NCBI GenBank assembly: GCA_016187335.1
Contig: JACPJW010000001.1
Coordinates: 743,143-807,142, forward strand
DNA: 64,000 nt
Source: Candidatus Aenigmatarchaeota archaeon
Lineage (GTDB): Archaea > Aenigmatarchaeota > Aenigmatarchaeia > GW2011-AR5
Direction: 5' to 3'
Below are positions 28,328 to 38,739 of this stretch, one piece after another. Position 1 is the first letter of the stretch; each line of letters opens with the position of its first letter. Made by a program: the position numbers and the translations under genes. The notes below the pieces were generated by a model. The model was not told where the DNA came from, did no database searches, and worked only from the letters and a program-made list of their open reading frames with translations.

Positions 28328-28594
28328 TCACCTTTTCCTTGTTGTGGTTCCGATAGTGATAAGTTCATTATAGTCGTCGTAGCCTGCAAATATGATGTAA
28401 GCAATTTTGTTCTTTTATATGGGCAATGAGACACGGAATTTATTTTTACCTTCTTGAAAAATTTCTCCGTGTTCCCATATTTCCTTTATCTTTTGGAAGT
28501 TTATCCTGTGGGCTTCCCTTTCATAAAAATGCCTTGTGAATTTCAGTTCCTTTTTCCTTATTTCATGCGCTTCCTCATCAGAAATTCTCCTCAT
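28328..28594 (-). pseudogene. DUF4258-like toxin with premature stop
   Basis: FTRHFYER motif; in-frame TAA at 28415-28417, frame continues to 28328. Confidence 0.6.
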
Positions 28595-28661
28595 TGGAAT
28601 GCCTTCTGATTTAAATTAGAATAAATTATTATAATGAAAGTTTATAAAGATTTTGAACAGC

Positions 28662-29279
28662 TTAAATCTCTATAATCCTGCCCTGCTTGCCCAGAGAGAT
28701 GACCGCAGTCCTGCCTATCTTTTCTTCAAAGCCCTCTGTTTCATGGATGTGCCCGCACAGGTGTATGTCGGGCTGCAGCTCCTCTATTGCTTTTCTGACG
28801 CCGCTGCTGCCGGGATAGCCTGAAACCTTTTCCATCGTGCTTTTCGCGGGATGCATGTGCGTGATCATTATCTTTTTTTCCGCATCCCTGACGTTCCTGA
28901 AGCCTTTCTTCAGGGCATCGAAAGTCTCCCTGTCCGTAAGGATGTTTATGCCCACGTTGCCTCCGCCGCATCCGAAAAATCCTACATTATTCACCACAGC
29001 CGAGCGTTCCTGCAGGTTGTTTATCCTGTACTTTTCCTTGAGCAGCTCGGCTGTTGCTATGCTGTCGTGGTTTCCCGCCACGAAAAAGACGTGCTTCTTC
29101 TTTTCCAGGAAAGGGCCTATCATGCCGTGCCAGTCGTTGTCGAAATAGGTAAGGTCGCCGGCGAGTATGACCAGGTCTACGTTGTATTTTTCCGCCTTAT
29201 CTGCCAGCCTTTTCGCGGCCCTTGTGTCCTCGTGGATGTCGGAGGCGGCGAGGATTTTCAGCTTTGACATAATTATCAA
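28662..29279 (-). CDS. Calcineurin-like metallophosphoesterase
   Basis: SDIH, GDLT, GNHD, GHIHE. Confidence 0.92.
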   Translation of the reverse strand: MIIMSKLKILAASDIHEDTRAAKRLADKAEKYNVDLVILAGDLTYFDNDWHGMIGPFLEKKKHVFFVAGNHDSIATAELLKEKYRINNLQERSAVVNNVGFFGCGGGNVGINILTDRETFDALKKGFRNVRDAEKKIMITHMHPAKSTMEKVSGYPGSSGVRKAIEELQPDIHLCGHIHETEGFEEKIGRTAVISLGKQGRIIEI

Positions 29280-29650
29280 GATAAACTATTTGGAAAATCC
29301 CTATATAAAACAATTCTTTCAGGCGAGGATTCAATAACCTTGTAGCCGGATTCTTTGCAAATAGGGACCAGTTTTCTCATCGTATGGCCGTCTGTGAATT
29401 CGACAAGATTCCTGAGGGGACCATGTTCCATTGCGAATATATCCAGAACGCTGAAAGACACCCTGAGGAGATAAGGCCCTATTTCCTGTCCTTGTTCTAA
29501 CGCTTCAATGTATGAAATGAACACCCGCCGCCCGTCCGGCTCTCTGCAGTCGGGATCGTGCGATATATTGCAATATCCAAGAACCCTTCCGTTTTCATGG
29601 GTGGTTAATCCTATAAATTCGTCGGATTCGATTTTCGCGACGTCAAGCAT
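29276..29650 (-). CDS. Hypothetical protein (possibly GNAT-like)
   Basis: EQGQEIG resembles the Q/RxxGxG motif. Confidence 0.5.
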   Translation of the reverse strand: MLDVAKIESDEFIGLTTHENGRVLGYCNISHDPDCREPDGRRVFISYIEALEQGQEIGPYLLRVSFSVLDIFAMEHGPLRNLVEFTDGHTMRKLVPICKESGYKVIESSPERIVLYRDFPNSLS

Positions 29651-29767
29651 CTATCAAAAACTTCGCAAATCCTTAAAAATAGAATCACGGCACCCTTTGG
29701 CCAATGATAGTTGCTCTTACTTCTCATTGAAGGCCGGATGCCTTTTGTATCTTGACGGAAAGCATAT

Positions 29768-30070
29768 TTAAGCTTTCTTCAGGCGGTCTATCTTCTCTGC
29801 CATATCGAAGTCCATTTCTGTCAGGCCGCCTTCGTCGTGGGTTGTCAGCGATAATTCGACTTTGTTGTAGCTTATCAGCATGTCCGGGTGGTGGTCGTTT
29901 TCCTCGGCTATTTCGGCTGTTTTGTTCGCGAACTTCATGGCCTCGCGAAAATCGTGGAAAACAAACTGCCTGGTTATCATGTTTCCTTCCAGCCGCCACC
30001 CATCAAGCTCGGAAAGCCTGTGCTGGATTTCTTTTTGCTCAAGCATCATTTCAGTCACCACAGCCTGCAA
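29768..30070 (-). CDS. Pterin-4a-carbinolamine dehydratase (second paralog)
   Basis: HHPDM, LTTHDEGGLTEMD. Confidence 0.9.
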   Translation of the reverse strand: MQAVVTEMMLEQKEIQHRLSELDGWRLEGNMITRQFVFHDFREAMKFANKTAEIAEENDHHPDMLISYNKVELSLTTHDEGGLTEMDFDMAEKIDRLKKA

Positions 30071-30129
30071 TTAGAATATCTGCGGAGAAGCAGGGTTTCT
30101 CCAGATTCCGGAAGGCTTTGTCTGGAAAA

Positions 30130-30240
30130 TTACTTCCGTTTTTTCTTGTACTTGCGCTCGAAGCCCTTCTTGTAGCCCTTGTACCTCTTCTTTTTCCGCT
30201 CGAAGGCTTCGTGCTTGTCGTAGTCCTGAATGAGGTTCAC
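30130..30240 (-). CDS. Lys/Arg/Tyr-rich micropeptide
   Basis: QDYDKHEAFERKKKRYKGYKKGFERKYKKKRK; start GTG at 30240 or ATT at 30231 after AGGTGA. Confidence 0.55.
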   Translation of the reverse strand: MNLIQDYDKHEAFERKKKRYKGYKKGFERKYKKKRK

Positions 30241-30452
30241 CTTTCATAAATTATTATTCTTGCATGTCATTTAAGCTTTTTTGACACTTCCAGAACTTCC
30301 CTGCCATGTTCTTCTGGAACGACTTTCGGGAAAACGTGCGCGATTCTGTCGTCTTTCCCCAAAATCCTGCCATTATTTGCCACATAAATCACTAAATAGC
30401 AATTACATTAACTTTAAAAACGCTTATATACCACCCTATACCAAGCTTTATA

Positions 30453-33400
30453 ATGCGCAAGGCGTTCGTAATTGGCTTATTTCTTGTTCTGCTCTCTTCT
30501 ATTGCCATTGCTCAAACGCTGAAGGGCGTCAATGAAGCGTGCACAAGCGGAACCGAATGCAAATCAGGCTTCTGCGTCGCAACTAATGCAGAGGTTACGC
30601 AGGGAGTATGCGCTTCCACAACATCGCCGGCTTCAACGGCGTCGCCGTGCGTTGACGGGCCTGTGCCTTTGGCCGGGTGCAAATGCGGCGGCATCGCGAT
30701 AGGCGCGGGCGCATGCAAAGGAGGCATTTTCTATTACCCGCCTTACCAGTCAGGCAAGGCTTTCGGCGAGTCCTGCACCGACGGCAACCAGTGCAGCACG
30801 GGCATTTGTTTCCTGGGTAAATGCGCTTACAGGACTTTGTGCACCTCCCAATCGCCCGGATACTGCGACACGCAGGATGACTGCCTTGCCGTATCCGGAA
30901 AATGGTGCACTTATGTATCCGGGGGCAGCAGCTGTTCTGTTTCATGCCCCACCTGCGCGTCTGATTACCTTTCGCAATGCGCAACACAAAGCAGCTGTAC
31001 AGCCGTTGGCGGTTACTGGTGCAGCAACCAATGCTCCAGCGTGGCGTGCCCTTCACAAAGCGGTTCAACGAACCAATCAACGGATTTATGCTCAGGCGTG
31101 ACATGCAATTCCCCGCCAAATTCGCAATGTTATTATTCTCCCGGAACATGCTCGGCTGGTTCTTGCTCTTACTCAAAAAAATCTGACGGCACCCCATGCG
31201 ATGACAGCAATCCTTCCACAACAGGGGATAAGTGCACAAACGGCGTTTGTTCCGGAACGCAGGCAAACGCAACCAATAAAGGGGCATGCATGGTAAGAGA
31301 CGCTTACACCAGCACGCCTTTATTTTCAGCGCCTGATATCGGAAAAGGATATGCAAAGAATGCAAAGGATGCGAACACAATTGAGGGACTGAGAACCGCT
31401 TGCACAAAAACCGATTATGACGAGCTCTTGAAAAACTACTGCACGCAAAATTCAAACACCGTGCAGCAGCAGGTTGTTGTCTACTATCCTGACGGAAACG
31501 CGTACAGTTCAGGCTGCGGCGCTTCCGGCTGCGATTTCTACTCGTGCTCGTCAACAAATACTACAACACAAACAAACCAGACAGCATCATCCGACAATGG
31601 CGCGTGCGTTGTAAGAGACAGCTACACGAGCCTGCCGCTTTATACGGATCCTGACTTGGGCAAAGGATACGCGAAGAAAACAAAAGGCGGCATCAATACT
31701 ATTGACGGCTTGAAAACAGCGTGCACAAAGGCTGACTACGATGACCTGCTGCAGAAATATTGCGCGCAAAACAACAGGTCTGTCCAGCAGGGGGTTGTCA
31801 CTTACGGTCCTGGCGGGGGGTGGTCAAGCAGCAGCTGCGGCGCATTCGGTTGTGAAGACCATTCATGCCCTGCAGGATCGGGCAACGCAACGTCCACAAC
31901 GATGCCGCCAACAAATGCAACCAATGCAACAAGACCATCCTGTCCTTCGTATTCCGTGCCTTCATGTTCTTCCGTCACTTACCTGAAAACAAATTACGAC
32001 AGCCAGGGATGCGCTTATTACCAGTGCGTTTCATCAGCATCTCCATCAACGCCTGCTGCTTCAGGCAGTGGCGCTGGCGGAGGCGGCGGGGCAGGAGGAT
32101 TGATATCAACATGCGCTCAAGTCATAACGCCCGCAATGGACGCTGCGGGCAACTGCAGGGAATATACAACATCTTGTCTGCCGCCGGGATGGAACAAGGT
32201 TGACAAATGCCCCGGACGGGCAAGCACATGCGGAAACGCCGTTTGCGAGCCGGGAGAAAGCTCTTTGACGTGCCCGGGCGACTGTAAGGGAAAATATCTT
32301 TGCGGCAATGGCCTTTGCGAGCCTGACATGGGAGAGTCTTATTTGAATTGTCCCCAGGATTGCCAGCGTGCTGACTGCCCTGTGCATCAGGCGCCTGTTT
32401 GCGAAAGAGGGTTCGCGATGGCAGGACCTTTTGACGATAAAGGATGCAGGGGGCCGCCGACGTGCTGCGGCGACAGTGTGTGCAGCGGCGGAGAGAACTC
32501 ACAGAACTGCCGGCAGGACTGCATAGGCGCTGAGCCTGACAGGATACAATGCCCGGATGGAAGCTACGCTGCGTGCAAGGTGGATGCGCGCGGCGTGCGG
32601 TATTGCGAGCCGTGCAGGATTGTCAATCTGCCTGCCGGGTGCAGGCAGGAAGTTGAGAAGGAAACAGGCTTCGTGAAGGTTGTTTGTGAAAGCATACAGC
32701 GAATCTGCCCTTCGTTTTCAATGCCGCAGAACGCAAAACAGATATGCGAACAGAAAGGAGGAATTTTCAATATCAGGAAGGATTATAACGGATGCGAGTT
32801 TCCCGACTGCTCTTTCGGCGAAGTTTCATCCTCGCCTATTCCTGTCCTGAGTTTCAGGGCGGAAAGCAGATGCTTGATTGAAAGCAAGGAGCAGCGGGAA
32901 GCCAAAAAGCAGGAATGCGAGAAGCTTGGTCTTGGTTACGTTATTTCCGTTCAGGGAGAATGCAAGATTTCCAAGTGCGTGCCAAAGGAGCAGAAAAGCG
33001 GATGCCAGCCAATATCTGAGCAGCAGCAGAAAATTGAGAGCGAATGCAGGCAGCGTGGCTTAAGCGTTGTGAAAGATTTCGACCAGAGCGGCTGTGCTGT
33101 ATTGAAATGCGGAGAAATTTCGCAATGCTTCAAAGACCTTCCAACGGAAGCCTACGAGAAATGCGGCTCGCAGGGCGGCGAGCTGGTTATAAGAAGGAAC
33201 GAGCAGGGATGCATCATGCTTTCGCAATGCATCCGGAAAGCGGATGTACGCCAGGCATACGTTGAGCCGATAGAAAAAATACCCGAATCAGCAGATATTC
33301 TTTCAATGGCATTCAAGATGGAAGAACTGAGAATAGAACTGGACAAGCTGGCAAAGAAGACAGATGATATTGCAAACTATTATGCGTCGGCAAATTCACC

Positions 33401-34076
33401 GGATGAGGGACGTTACAGGAGAGTTTCAAACATGTTCTCGGCAGCGAAAAGCAAGGTTGATGAGATAAAAGACAAGCTGCGCAATGTCGCCCAGAAAACC
33501 AACCCAACCGAAGATGACCTGATAGAAGTGAAGCGCGATGTCAGGTACATAAAAGACGTCATGATGAAGGATGCGATCTACGTTATGCTGAGTTCCAGCG
33601 ACGACGTGAAGAGCATAAAAGAATCGCAAGCCGTTAAAGTAGGCGACAAGTTCGAGGAAGTAAATATTACAGACGACACCAACTGCGGTTCCGACAACAG
33701 CTGTTTCGACAGGGCTTTCAGGCTGTGCAAGAAAGTCGTATTCTATCCGGAAGGCAAGCAGGGGTCCAAGGTGGAAATAAGAGGGCTTGAAGGCGACGCG
33801 TGCATAATGTACGCGGTCACACCGGATACAGGAGAACTGCCGCCTGAAATTGTAAAAGAAATCAAGCCGCCTTACGACATGACGTGCAGGATAAAGAACT
33901 ACGCCTTGGGAATGCAAATTACCGAAAAAGATATACTTTCCAACTGCGAGGGACCAATGGTTGAACTTACGAAAAAGTTCAAGGAACAGGGCGGAGTGCA
34001 AGAAGAACTTTCTAAGCCTGCGCCAGCTGCAATAGCCGCACCGCCGCCTGCAGCGCAGTCAACGGCCAGAGGGTAA
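30453..34076 (+). CDS. Large secreted Cys-rich repeat protein
   Basis: Signal peptide, duplicated ~95-aa module, CGNxxCExxE..CPxDC repeats. Confidence 0.88.
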   Translation: MRKAFVIGLFLVLLSSIAIAQTLKGVNEACTSGTECKSGFCVATNAEVTQGVCASTTSPASTASPCVDGPVPLAGCKCGGIAIGAGACKGGIFYYPPYQSGKAFGESCTDGNQCSTGICFLGKCAYRTLCTSQSPGYCDTQDDCLAVSGKWCTYVSGGSSCSVSCPTCASDYLSQCATQSSCTAVGGYWCSNQCSSVACPSQSGSTNQSTDLCSGVTCNSPPNSQCYYSPGTCSAGSCSYSKKSDGTPCDDSNPSTTGDKCTNGVCSGTQANATNKGACMVRDAYTSTPLFSAPDIGKGYAKNAKDANTIEGLRTACTKTDYDELLKNYCTQNSNTVQQQVVVYYPDGNAYSSGCGASGCDFYSCSSTNTTTQTNQTASSDNGACVVRDSYTSLPLYTDPDLGKGYAKKTKGGINTIDGLKTACTKADYDDLLQKYCAQNNRSVQQGVVTYGPGGGWSSSSCGAFGCEDHSCPAGSGNATSTTMPPTNATNATRPSCPSYSVPSCSSVTYLKTNYDSQGCAYYQCVSSASPSTPAASGSGAGGGGGAGGLISTCAQVITPAMDAAGNCREYTTSCLPPGWNKVDKCPGRASTCGNAVCEPGESSLTCPGDCKGKYLCGNGLCEPDMGESYLNCPQDCQRADCPVHQAPVCERGFAMAGPFDDKGCRGPPTCCGDSVCSGGENSQNCRQDCIGAEPDRIQCPDGSYAACKVDARGVRYCEPCRIVNLPAGCRQEVEKETGFVKVVCESIQRICPSFSMPQNAKQICEQKGGIFNIRKDYNGCEFPDCSFGEVSSSPIPVLSFRAESRCLIESKEQREAKKQECEKLGLGYVISVQGECKISKCVPKEQKSGCQPISEQQQKIESECRQRGLSVVKDFDQSGCAVLKCGEISQCFKDLPTEAYEKCGSQGGELVIRRNEQGCIMLSQCIRKADVRQAYVEPIEKIPESADILSMAFKMEELRIELDKLAKKTDDIANYYASANSPDEGRYRRVSNMFSAAKSKVDEIKDKLRNVAQKTNPTEDDLIEVKRDVRYIKDVMMKDAIYVMLSSSDDVKSIKESQAVKVGDKFEEVNITDDTNCGSDNSCFDRAFRLCKKVVFYPEGKQGSKVEIRGLEGDACIMYAVTPDTGELPPEIVKEIKPPYDMTCRIKNYALGMQITEKDILSNCEGPMVELTKKFKEQGGVQEELSKPAPAAIAAPPPAAQSTARG

Positions 34077-34093
34077 AAATAATCGGTGATTTT

Positions 34094-34321
34094 ATGACTG
34101 AAGCAACAAAGAAAGAAAAGTTTTCCGGCGGAAGAAAGTTGATTTCACTAATCGTTATGCTTTTGCTCGTTGTTTCCGTGATTTTCGCCAGCGGCTGCGT
34201 ATCGCAGCCGAAGACGACGATAAAGAGCGAGCGCGAAGTCGGCGAAGCCGTGACGAACATAAGCGGCGACGTGGAAGACGTCTCGCAGATACTCAACGAC
34301 ATAGACAGGAAGCTGGGATAA
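34094..34321 (+). CDS. Small lipoprotein-like protein
   Basis: ASGC lipobox-like, GGTGA SD. Confidence 0.7.
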   Translation: MTEATKKEKFSGGRKLISLIVMLLLVVSVIFASGCVSQPKTTIKSEREVGEAVTNISGDVEDVSQILNDIDRKLG

Positions 34322-34442
34322 TTTATCAGATCAGAAAGCTATTCATGCTGCAAAATTTATTTCAAGAACATTGAAACTGCTGTCTTCAGAGACTCTAAGT
34401 TTCTGAAAGAAAACCTTTGGTTTCTCCGAGTTTTTGAAAAGT

Positions 34443-35009
34443 TCACCTGAAGCTCTTCCCGCAGCCGCATGCTGAGCGCACGTTGGGATTGCTTATCTTG
34501 AATCCGGAGCCCTGCAGGGTTTCCACGTAATCCAGGGTCGAGCCGCCGAGATGCTCCAGGTCTGATTTGCTTATAAAGAATTCCACGCCCTGCACATCAA
34601 AAACCATGTCGCCCTCGACAGCGGTTTGCTCAAAATCCATAAGATATGTTAATCCGGAGCATCCGCCGGGAACAACGCCGACGCGCAGGCCCCACCCTTC
34701 CTTTCCGTCCTTTTGCATGAATTCCCTGGCCTTCATGGCGGCTCTTTCCGTAACAATAAAGCTCCTGTCTTCTGTTTTTTCCGGCTGGTTTTCAGCCAGG
34801 TGGTTCAGGTCTTCAACGAGCGCTGCCAGCTGCTCCTCGGGCATGCCGTGCCCCGATGCTCCCTGTTCTATTGTTTCGTAAAGTGACACTCCGCAGCCGA
34901 AGCAGTGCAGGCCGTGGCGAAGCATTATATCAATGGAAGCAGGGTATTTCCTGACCAGATCGGCTATTACCATGTCCTTTGTTATTGTTGATGCCTGCAT
35001 AATGATCAC
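34443..35009 (-). CDS. DUF1858 + IscA/HesB Fe-S carrier fusion
   Basis: GLHCFGC; GGCSG and CGCGKSF. Confidence 0.88.
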   Translation of the reverse strand: MIIMQASTITKDMVIADLVRKYPASIDIMLRHGLHCFGCGVSLYETIEQGASGHGMPEEQLAALVEDLNHLAENQPEKTEDRSFIVTERAAMKAREFMQKDGKEGWGLRVGVVPGGCSGLTYLMDFEQTAVEGDMVFDVQGVEFFISKSDLEHLGGSTLDYVETLQGSGFKISNPNVRSACGCGKSFR

Positions 35010-35065
35010 TTAATTTCTGTCAAAACTACTAAAACTTTATTTATGCCGCCTGCTCATTATAGGAC

Positions 35066-35683
35066 ATGAGAAATATAAAAGCCATCATCTTCGACCTCGG
35101 GGGCGTCGTTATAGACTGGAGCGACGACATCGTCTATAGAAAAGCGGCAAAGATATCAGGAATTCGTTTCAAAAAGCTGCAAAAGGCCGCTGAAGACGAG
35201 ATGGATTCGTTCTGCAAAGGAAAGATAACCGAGACGGAATTCTGGCGCCGCGCGCTGAGAAAAAGCGGGCATCCTAAGAATCATGTCTTGCTCAGGCTGG
35301 ACAGGCTGTGGTACCATGAATACAGGAAAAGCGCCCGCCTGAACAGGGAAGTCATAAAGATAATCAGGAAAATACGCGCCAGATATAAGGTAGGCGTTAT
35401 TTCCAACATTTCGCCTGTGCACGATGCTGTCAACAAAAAAAGAAGATATTACAGATACACGGACAACGAGGTTCTTTCGCATAAGGTGGGCATCATAAAG
35501 CCCGACCTGCGCATATACCGCATAGCCTTGAAGAAGCTCAGATGCGAGCCTTCGGAATGCCTGTTCATTGACGACAAAATCAGAAATGTCAGAGGCGCAC
35601 GCAAGGCTGGAATGAACGCCGCGCAGTTCAAAGACGCTGCCCGGCTGAAAAGGGATCTGAAGAGGTTTGGCATTGAAGTTTAG
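35066..35683 (+). CDS. HAD-family phosphatase
   Basis: FDLGGV, ISN, KPD, FIDD. Confidence 0.92.
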   Translation: MRNIKAIIFDLGGVVIDWSDDIVYRKAAKISGIRFKKLQKAAEDEMDSFCKGKITETEFWRRALRKSGHPKNHVLLRLDRLWYHEYRKSARLNREVIKIIRKIRARYKVGVISNISPVHDAVNKKRRYYRYTDNEVLSHKVGIIKPDLRIYRIALKKLRCEPSECLFIDDKIRNVRGARKAGMNAAQFKDAARLKRDLKRFGIEV

Positions 35684-35713
35684 GTTTTAATAATTAAGGC
35701 ACTTAGCTAATTC

Positions 35714-36013
35714 ATGGAAAGAAGAATGCCCCTAGAAGAGCTTGTGGATTCTAAGGTTGCGCTTGCTGCTTACCGAATGGCTGGTGAAATAGGCAGGGTT
35801 TATGAACCCGAACTTATTGAAAGATGCAGCCAGTTGGAGTTAGAACCAGGATTAACATTAAGCCCCCGCGATGTTTTTGCATCAGTCAGACGGCTTCAAA
35901 TAAATAGATATTTGACGCCAGCTGAAGAAGAAGAATGGTATGTTGTTAACAAGAAAGAAATAGATCTGCACTGGGGCCTATTGAAAAGAAATAATTTGAA
36001 GCGGTTGTCTTAA
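35714..36013 (+). CDS. Hypothetical protein
   Basis: 99-aa ORF. Confidence 0.55.
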   Translation: MERRMPLEELVDSKVALAAYRMAGEIGRVYEPELIERCSQLELEPGLTLSPRDVFASVRRLQINRYLTPAEEEEWYVVNKKEIDLHWGLLKRNNLKRLS

Positions 36014-37140
36014 AACTCTGTCAAATCCGCCCGCTTAAGAGCTTCCTTTATCATTTCTCCTGTGTCCAGCTTGCTTTCTAATTCCTTTATCTTTTTTACT
36101 GCTGCTTTGGTTTCCGGATGCTTCGCGACGAGGAATGTGCAGCAGTCCTCGTAAGGGATTATTGACGTCTTGTAAGTTCCTATGTGCTCGGCTGCTTCTA
36201 TTATCTCCTGCTTGTTCATGCCTATGAGCGGCGCGAACACGGGGTAGCGCGCGGCTTCGTATACGGCGTTTATGTTCTCCAGGGTTTGCGACGCTACCTG
36301 GCCTATGTTGTCGCCCATGACAAAGCCTTTTGCGCCTTCCCTGCGCAATATCTCCTCGGCAATTTTCAGCATGAGACGGCGGTAGATGAGAATGCGGTAG
36401 CGCGGCGGCACATGCTTCACAAGCTCGGTTTGCAGTTCCAGGAACGGAACCATGTACAGTTTTGATTTTAACTGGAATCTGTTCAGTTCTTTGACGAGGT
36501 TTTCAATTTTCTTTTTCTTTGCCGCCTTAGCTTTTTCATCGTAGTTGTAGAAATGAACAAAAACAACCTCGCATCCCCTTTTCATCAGCGAATAAGCCGC
36601 CACGGGCGAATCAATTCCTCCGGAAAGCAGGCAGACCACCTTTCCTGCTGTGCCCACAGGCAGGCCGCCTATGCCTCTGGCTTTCTCGGTGTAAACAAAT
36701 GCCTGCTTGGGATCTATTTCTAGGTATACAGTCAGGCCCGGCTTGTTCAGTTTCACCCTCATCTTTGTGTGCGCAAGAACGTATTCGCCCAGTATGTTGT
36801 TCAGCTGCAGCGAGTTGTAGGGGAACTTCTTGTCGGAGCGGCTTGCATCTATGCGGAACGTTTTCGCCTTGCTTTTCTTTGCCACAGCAAGAACAGTGTC
36901 CTTTATTTCTTCCAGCTTCGGTTCGACAGAGCGGCAGAAAGAAAAATGGGCAATGCCTGGAATGTGCTGTAGGACAAGCCCGTTTTCTTTGCTGTGCGTT
37001 GCTTCGACAAGTATTTTCCCGTAAAGCCTTTCTGCTTTTGCATTCAGGGCCTTCCCGATGTTTCTGACCAGCGTGTTTTCAAAGAACGGCCTGTTGTTGC
37101 CTTTGGTGCCGATTTCGGAGTAATGCACAAGAATGGACAT
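36010..37140 (-). CDS. thiI: tRNA 4-thiouridine synthase ThiI
   Basis: THUMP plus SGGIDSPVA, GQVASQTLEN, EDCC. Confidence 0.95.
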   Translation of the reverse strand: MSILVHYSEIGTKGNNRPFFENTLVRNIGKALNAKAERLYGKILVEATHSKENGLVLQHIPGIAHFSFCRSVEPKLEEIKDTVLAVAKKSKAKTFRIDASRSDKKFPYNSLQLNNILGEYVLAHTKMRVKLNKPGLTVYLEIDPKQAFVYTEKARGIGGLPVGTAGKVVCLLSGGIDSPVAAYSLMKRGCEVVFVHFYNYDEKAKAAKKKKIENLVKELNRFQLKSKLYMVPFLELQTELVKHVPPRYRILIYRRLMLKIAEEILRREGAKGFVMGDNIGQVASQTLENINAVYEAARYPVFAPLIGMNKQEIIEAAEHIGTYKTSIIPYEDCCTFLVAKHPETKAAVKKIKELESKLDTGEMIKEALKRADLTEF

Positions 37141-37211
37141 GATTACACCAATAAGAATGAAGTTTCAAAGAAACTTATATTCATTTCTTGAAAAGAAAGA
37201 TTAAAAGGTAA

Positions 37212-37853
37212 TCATATCAATCTGCATAATCTTTCTAAAGTAATCAGCGATTGGGTATCATTCGGAGACCCTAAGTTAAGATGAATGGATAAGGAACCCT
37301 TTCTATAAGCTTCAGGTACGCTTCGGTCGCTTCCTGTGTATTGTATATTCATCCTTGAATATCTTGCTTCTGCTTGCGGCACTCGTTTTGTTGCTTTAAT
37401 GTAAACTTTTAGTGGCAGAATTTCTCTCACAGGGTCTTTCATAACAAACGGGACGTCCAGTTCAAATCTGATAACACCTACTCTGCCTGTTTCTGTAGAG
37501 TATCTGAACCCCCCTTGGTGTAGTATTTTTCCCATTTCTTCAAATGCGGCAACATGCAAAGGTTGCGTTACTTTATGCAAATCTAACATTCCTAATGGCA
37601 TTTGCGGCTGTTCTTCTCCATTATAGGCATGGCCGAAAGGCGGATATATCTGGGCATTATAGCCCGACTGTAAGGAAAGTTGAGGTGCAAAAGATATGCA
37701 AGTGCTTCTTGCTACGTTTCCAACATGTATGTTCCATTCCAGGGGAGTTGTCTGAAGAGCATTGAGTATTTCTTTGACAACACCGTCATAATTACATTCT
37801 GGTATAACTATGGGTGGTTTTGTAACAACTTTAGTGTCCGATTCTACAGCCAT
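37212..37853 (-). CDS. Hypothetical protein
   Basis: 213-aa ORF. Confidence 0.6.
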   Translation of the reverse strand: MAVESDTKVVTKPPIVIPECNYDGVVKEILNALQTTPLEWNIHVGNVARSTCISFAPQLSLQSGYNAQIYPPFGHAYNGEEQPQMPLGMLDLHKVTQPLHVAAFEEMGKILHQGGFRYSTETGRVGVIRFELDVPFVMKDPVREILPLKVYIKATKRVPQAEARYSRMNIQYTGSDRSVPEAYRKGSLSIHLNLGSPNDTQSLITLERLCRLI

Positions 37854-37964
37854 AATGATTGTAATTCATGTTAGAGATTTAAAGTAAAAGTCAAATATAA
37901 CCGTGGTGGTATCGAAGTACAGGCTAATTACAATTCTTTTGGTTAAACTTTGGAGAAGCAAAGT

Positions 37965-38738
37965 TTACCTGAAATACTCCACGGCATTCCTGAATATCTT
38001 CATGCCGTCGCCTTCCCTTGGCAATGAGCCTTCTGCTTTCATTCTTGTCCATCTTGGGTGCAAAAAAGGATGAACATACGCTTCAGGATGGGGCATCATG
38101 CCGTATACCCTGCCAGAAGGGTCGCATATGCCCGCAACAGCGCGCATAGCGCCGTTGGGATTTTCGGGATAAGGAGGGCTGCTTTCACCGTTTCTTCCTA
38201 CGTATCTTGCTACAACCAGATTTTCCCTTTCCAGCCTGTCAAGAATATCATCAGGAGCATAAAACATTCCTTCGCCGTGGCGGACAGGCAGATATGTAGT
38301 GCCTTGCGTGAATACGCAGGGCGATCTTTCATTGACGGCAAGATAAACCCACCTGTCCTCGAACTTCCCTGAAGCGTTGTAAGTAAGCGTGACCAGCTGC
38401 TCAAAATCAGCATAAGGCAGAAGGCCGCTTTTCACAAGCGCCTGAAAACCGTTGCATATGCCTAAAACAAGCCTGTCTCCTTCGATGAATTTTCTTAATT
38501 TGTCTTCTATCCTTCTTAGTTGCGTTGCAAAAACGCGCGCAGACGCTATGTCGTCGCCGTCAAGAAATCCGCCCGGGATAACGAAAATCTGGTAATTCAG
38601 GATATCAGCATCACCTGAAAGAACATCTCCTGTAAGAATGCGTTCAGCTTCTGCTCCAGCCCGTTCAAACGCATATTTCATTTCCAAATCCGTGTTCAGA
38701 CCTCTTCCGGTCAGGACCAATGCTTTCGGTTTTGCCAT
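37965..38738 (-). CDS. purQ: FGAM synthase glutaminase subunit
   Basis: PGGF, GICNGFQ, HGEG, MMPHPE. Confidence 0.95.
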   Translation of the reverse strand: MAKPKALVLTGRGLNTDLEMKYAFERAGAEAERILTGDVLSGDADILNYQIFVIPGGFLDGDDIASARVFATQLRRIEDKLRKFIEGDRLVLGICNGFQALVKSGLLPYADFEQLVTLTYNASGKFEDRWVYLAVNERSPCVFTQGTTYLPVRHGEGMFYAPDDILDRLERENLVVARYVGRNGESSPPYPENPNGAMRAVAGICDPSGRVYGMMPHPEAYVHPFLHPRWTRMKAEGSLPREGDGMKIFRNAVEYFR

Positions 38739-38739
38739 G

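Noticed and set aside
12041-30070. Two pterin carbinolamine dehydratase paralogs as a novel pathway
   Set aside because: They are unlinked, no partner hydroxylase is visible, and the family is widespread.
30595-31557. Long antisense ORFs (also 46818-47720, 27743-28429, 61886-62605)
   Set aside because: They shadow well-supported genes on the opposite strand and have no motifs.
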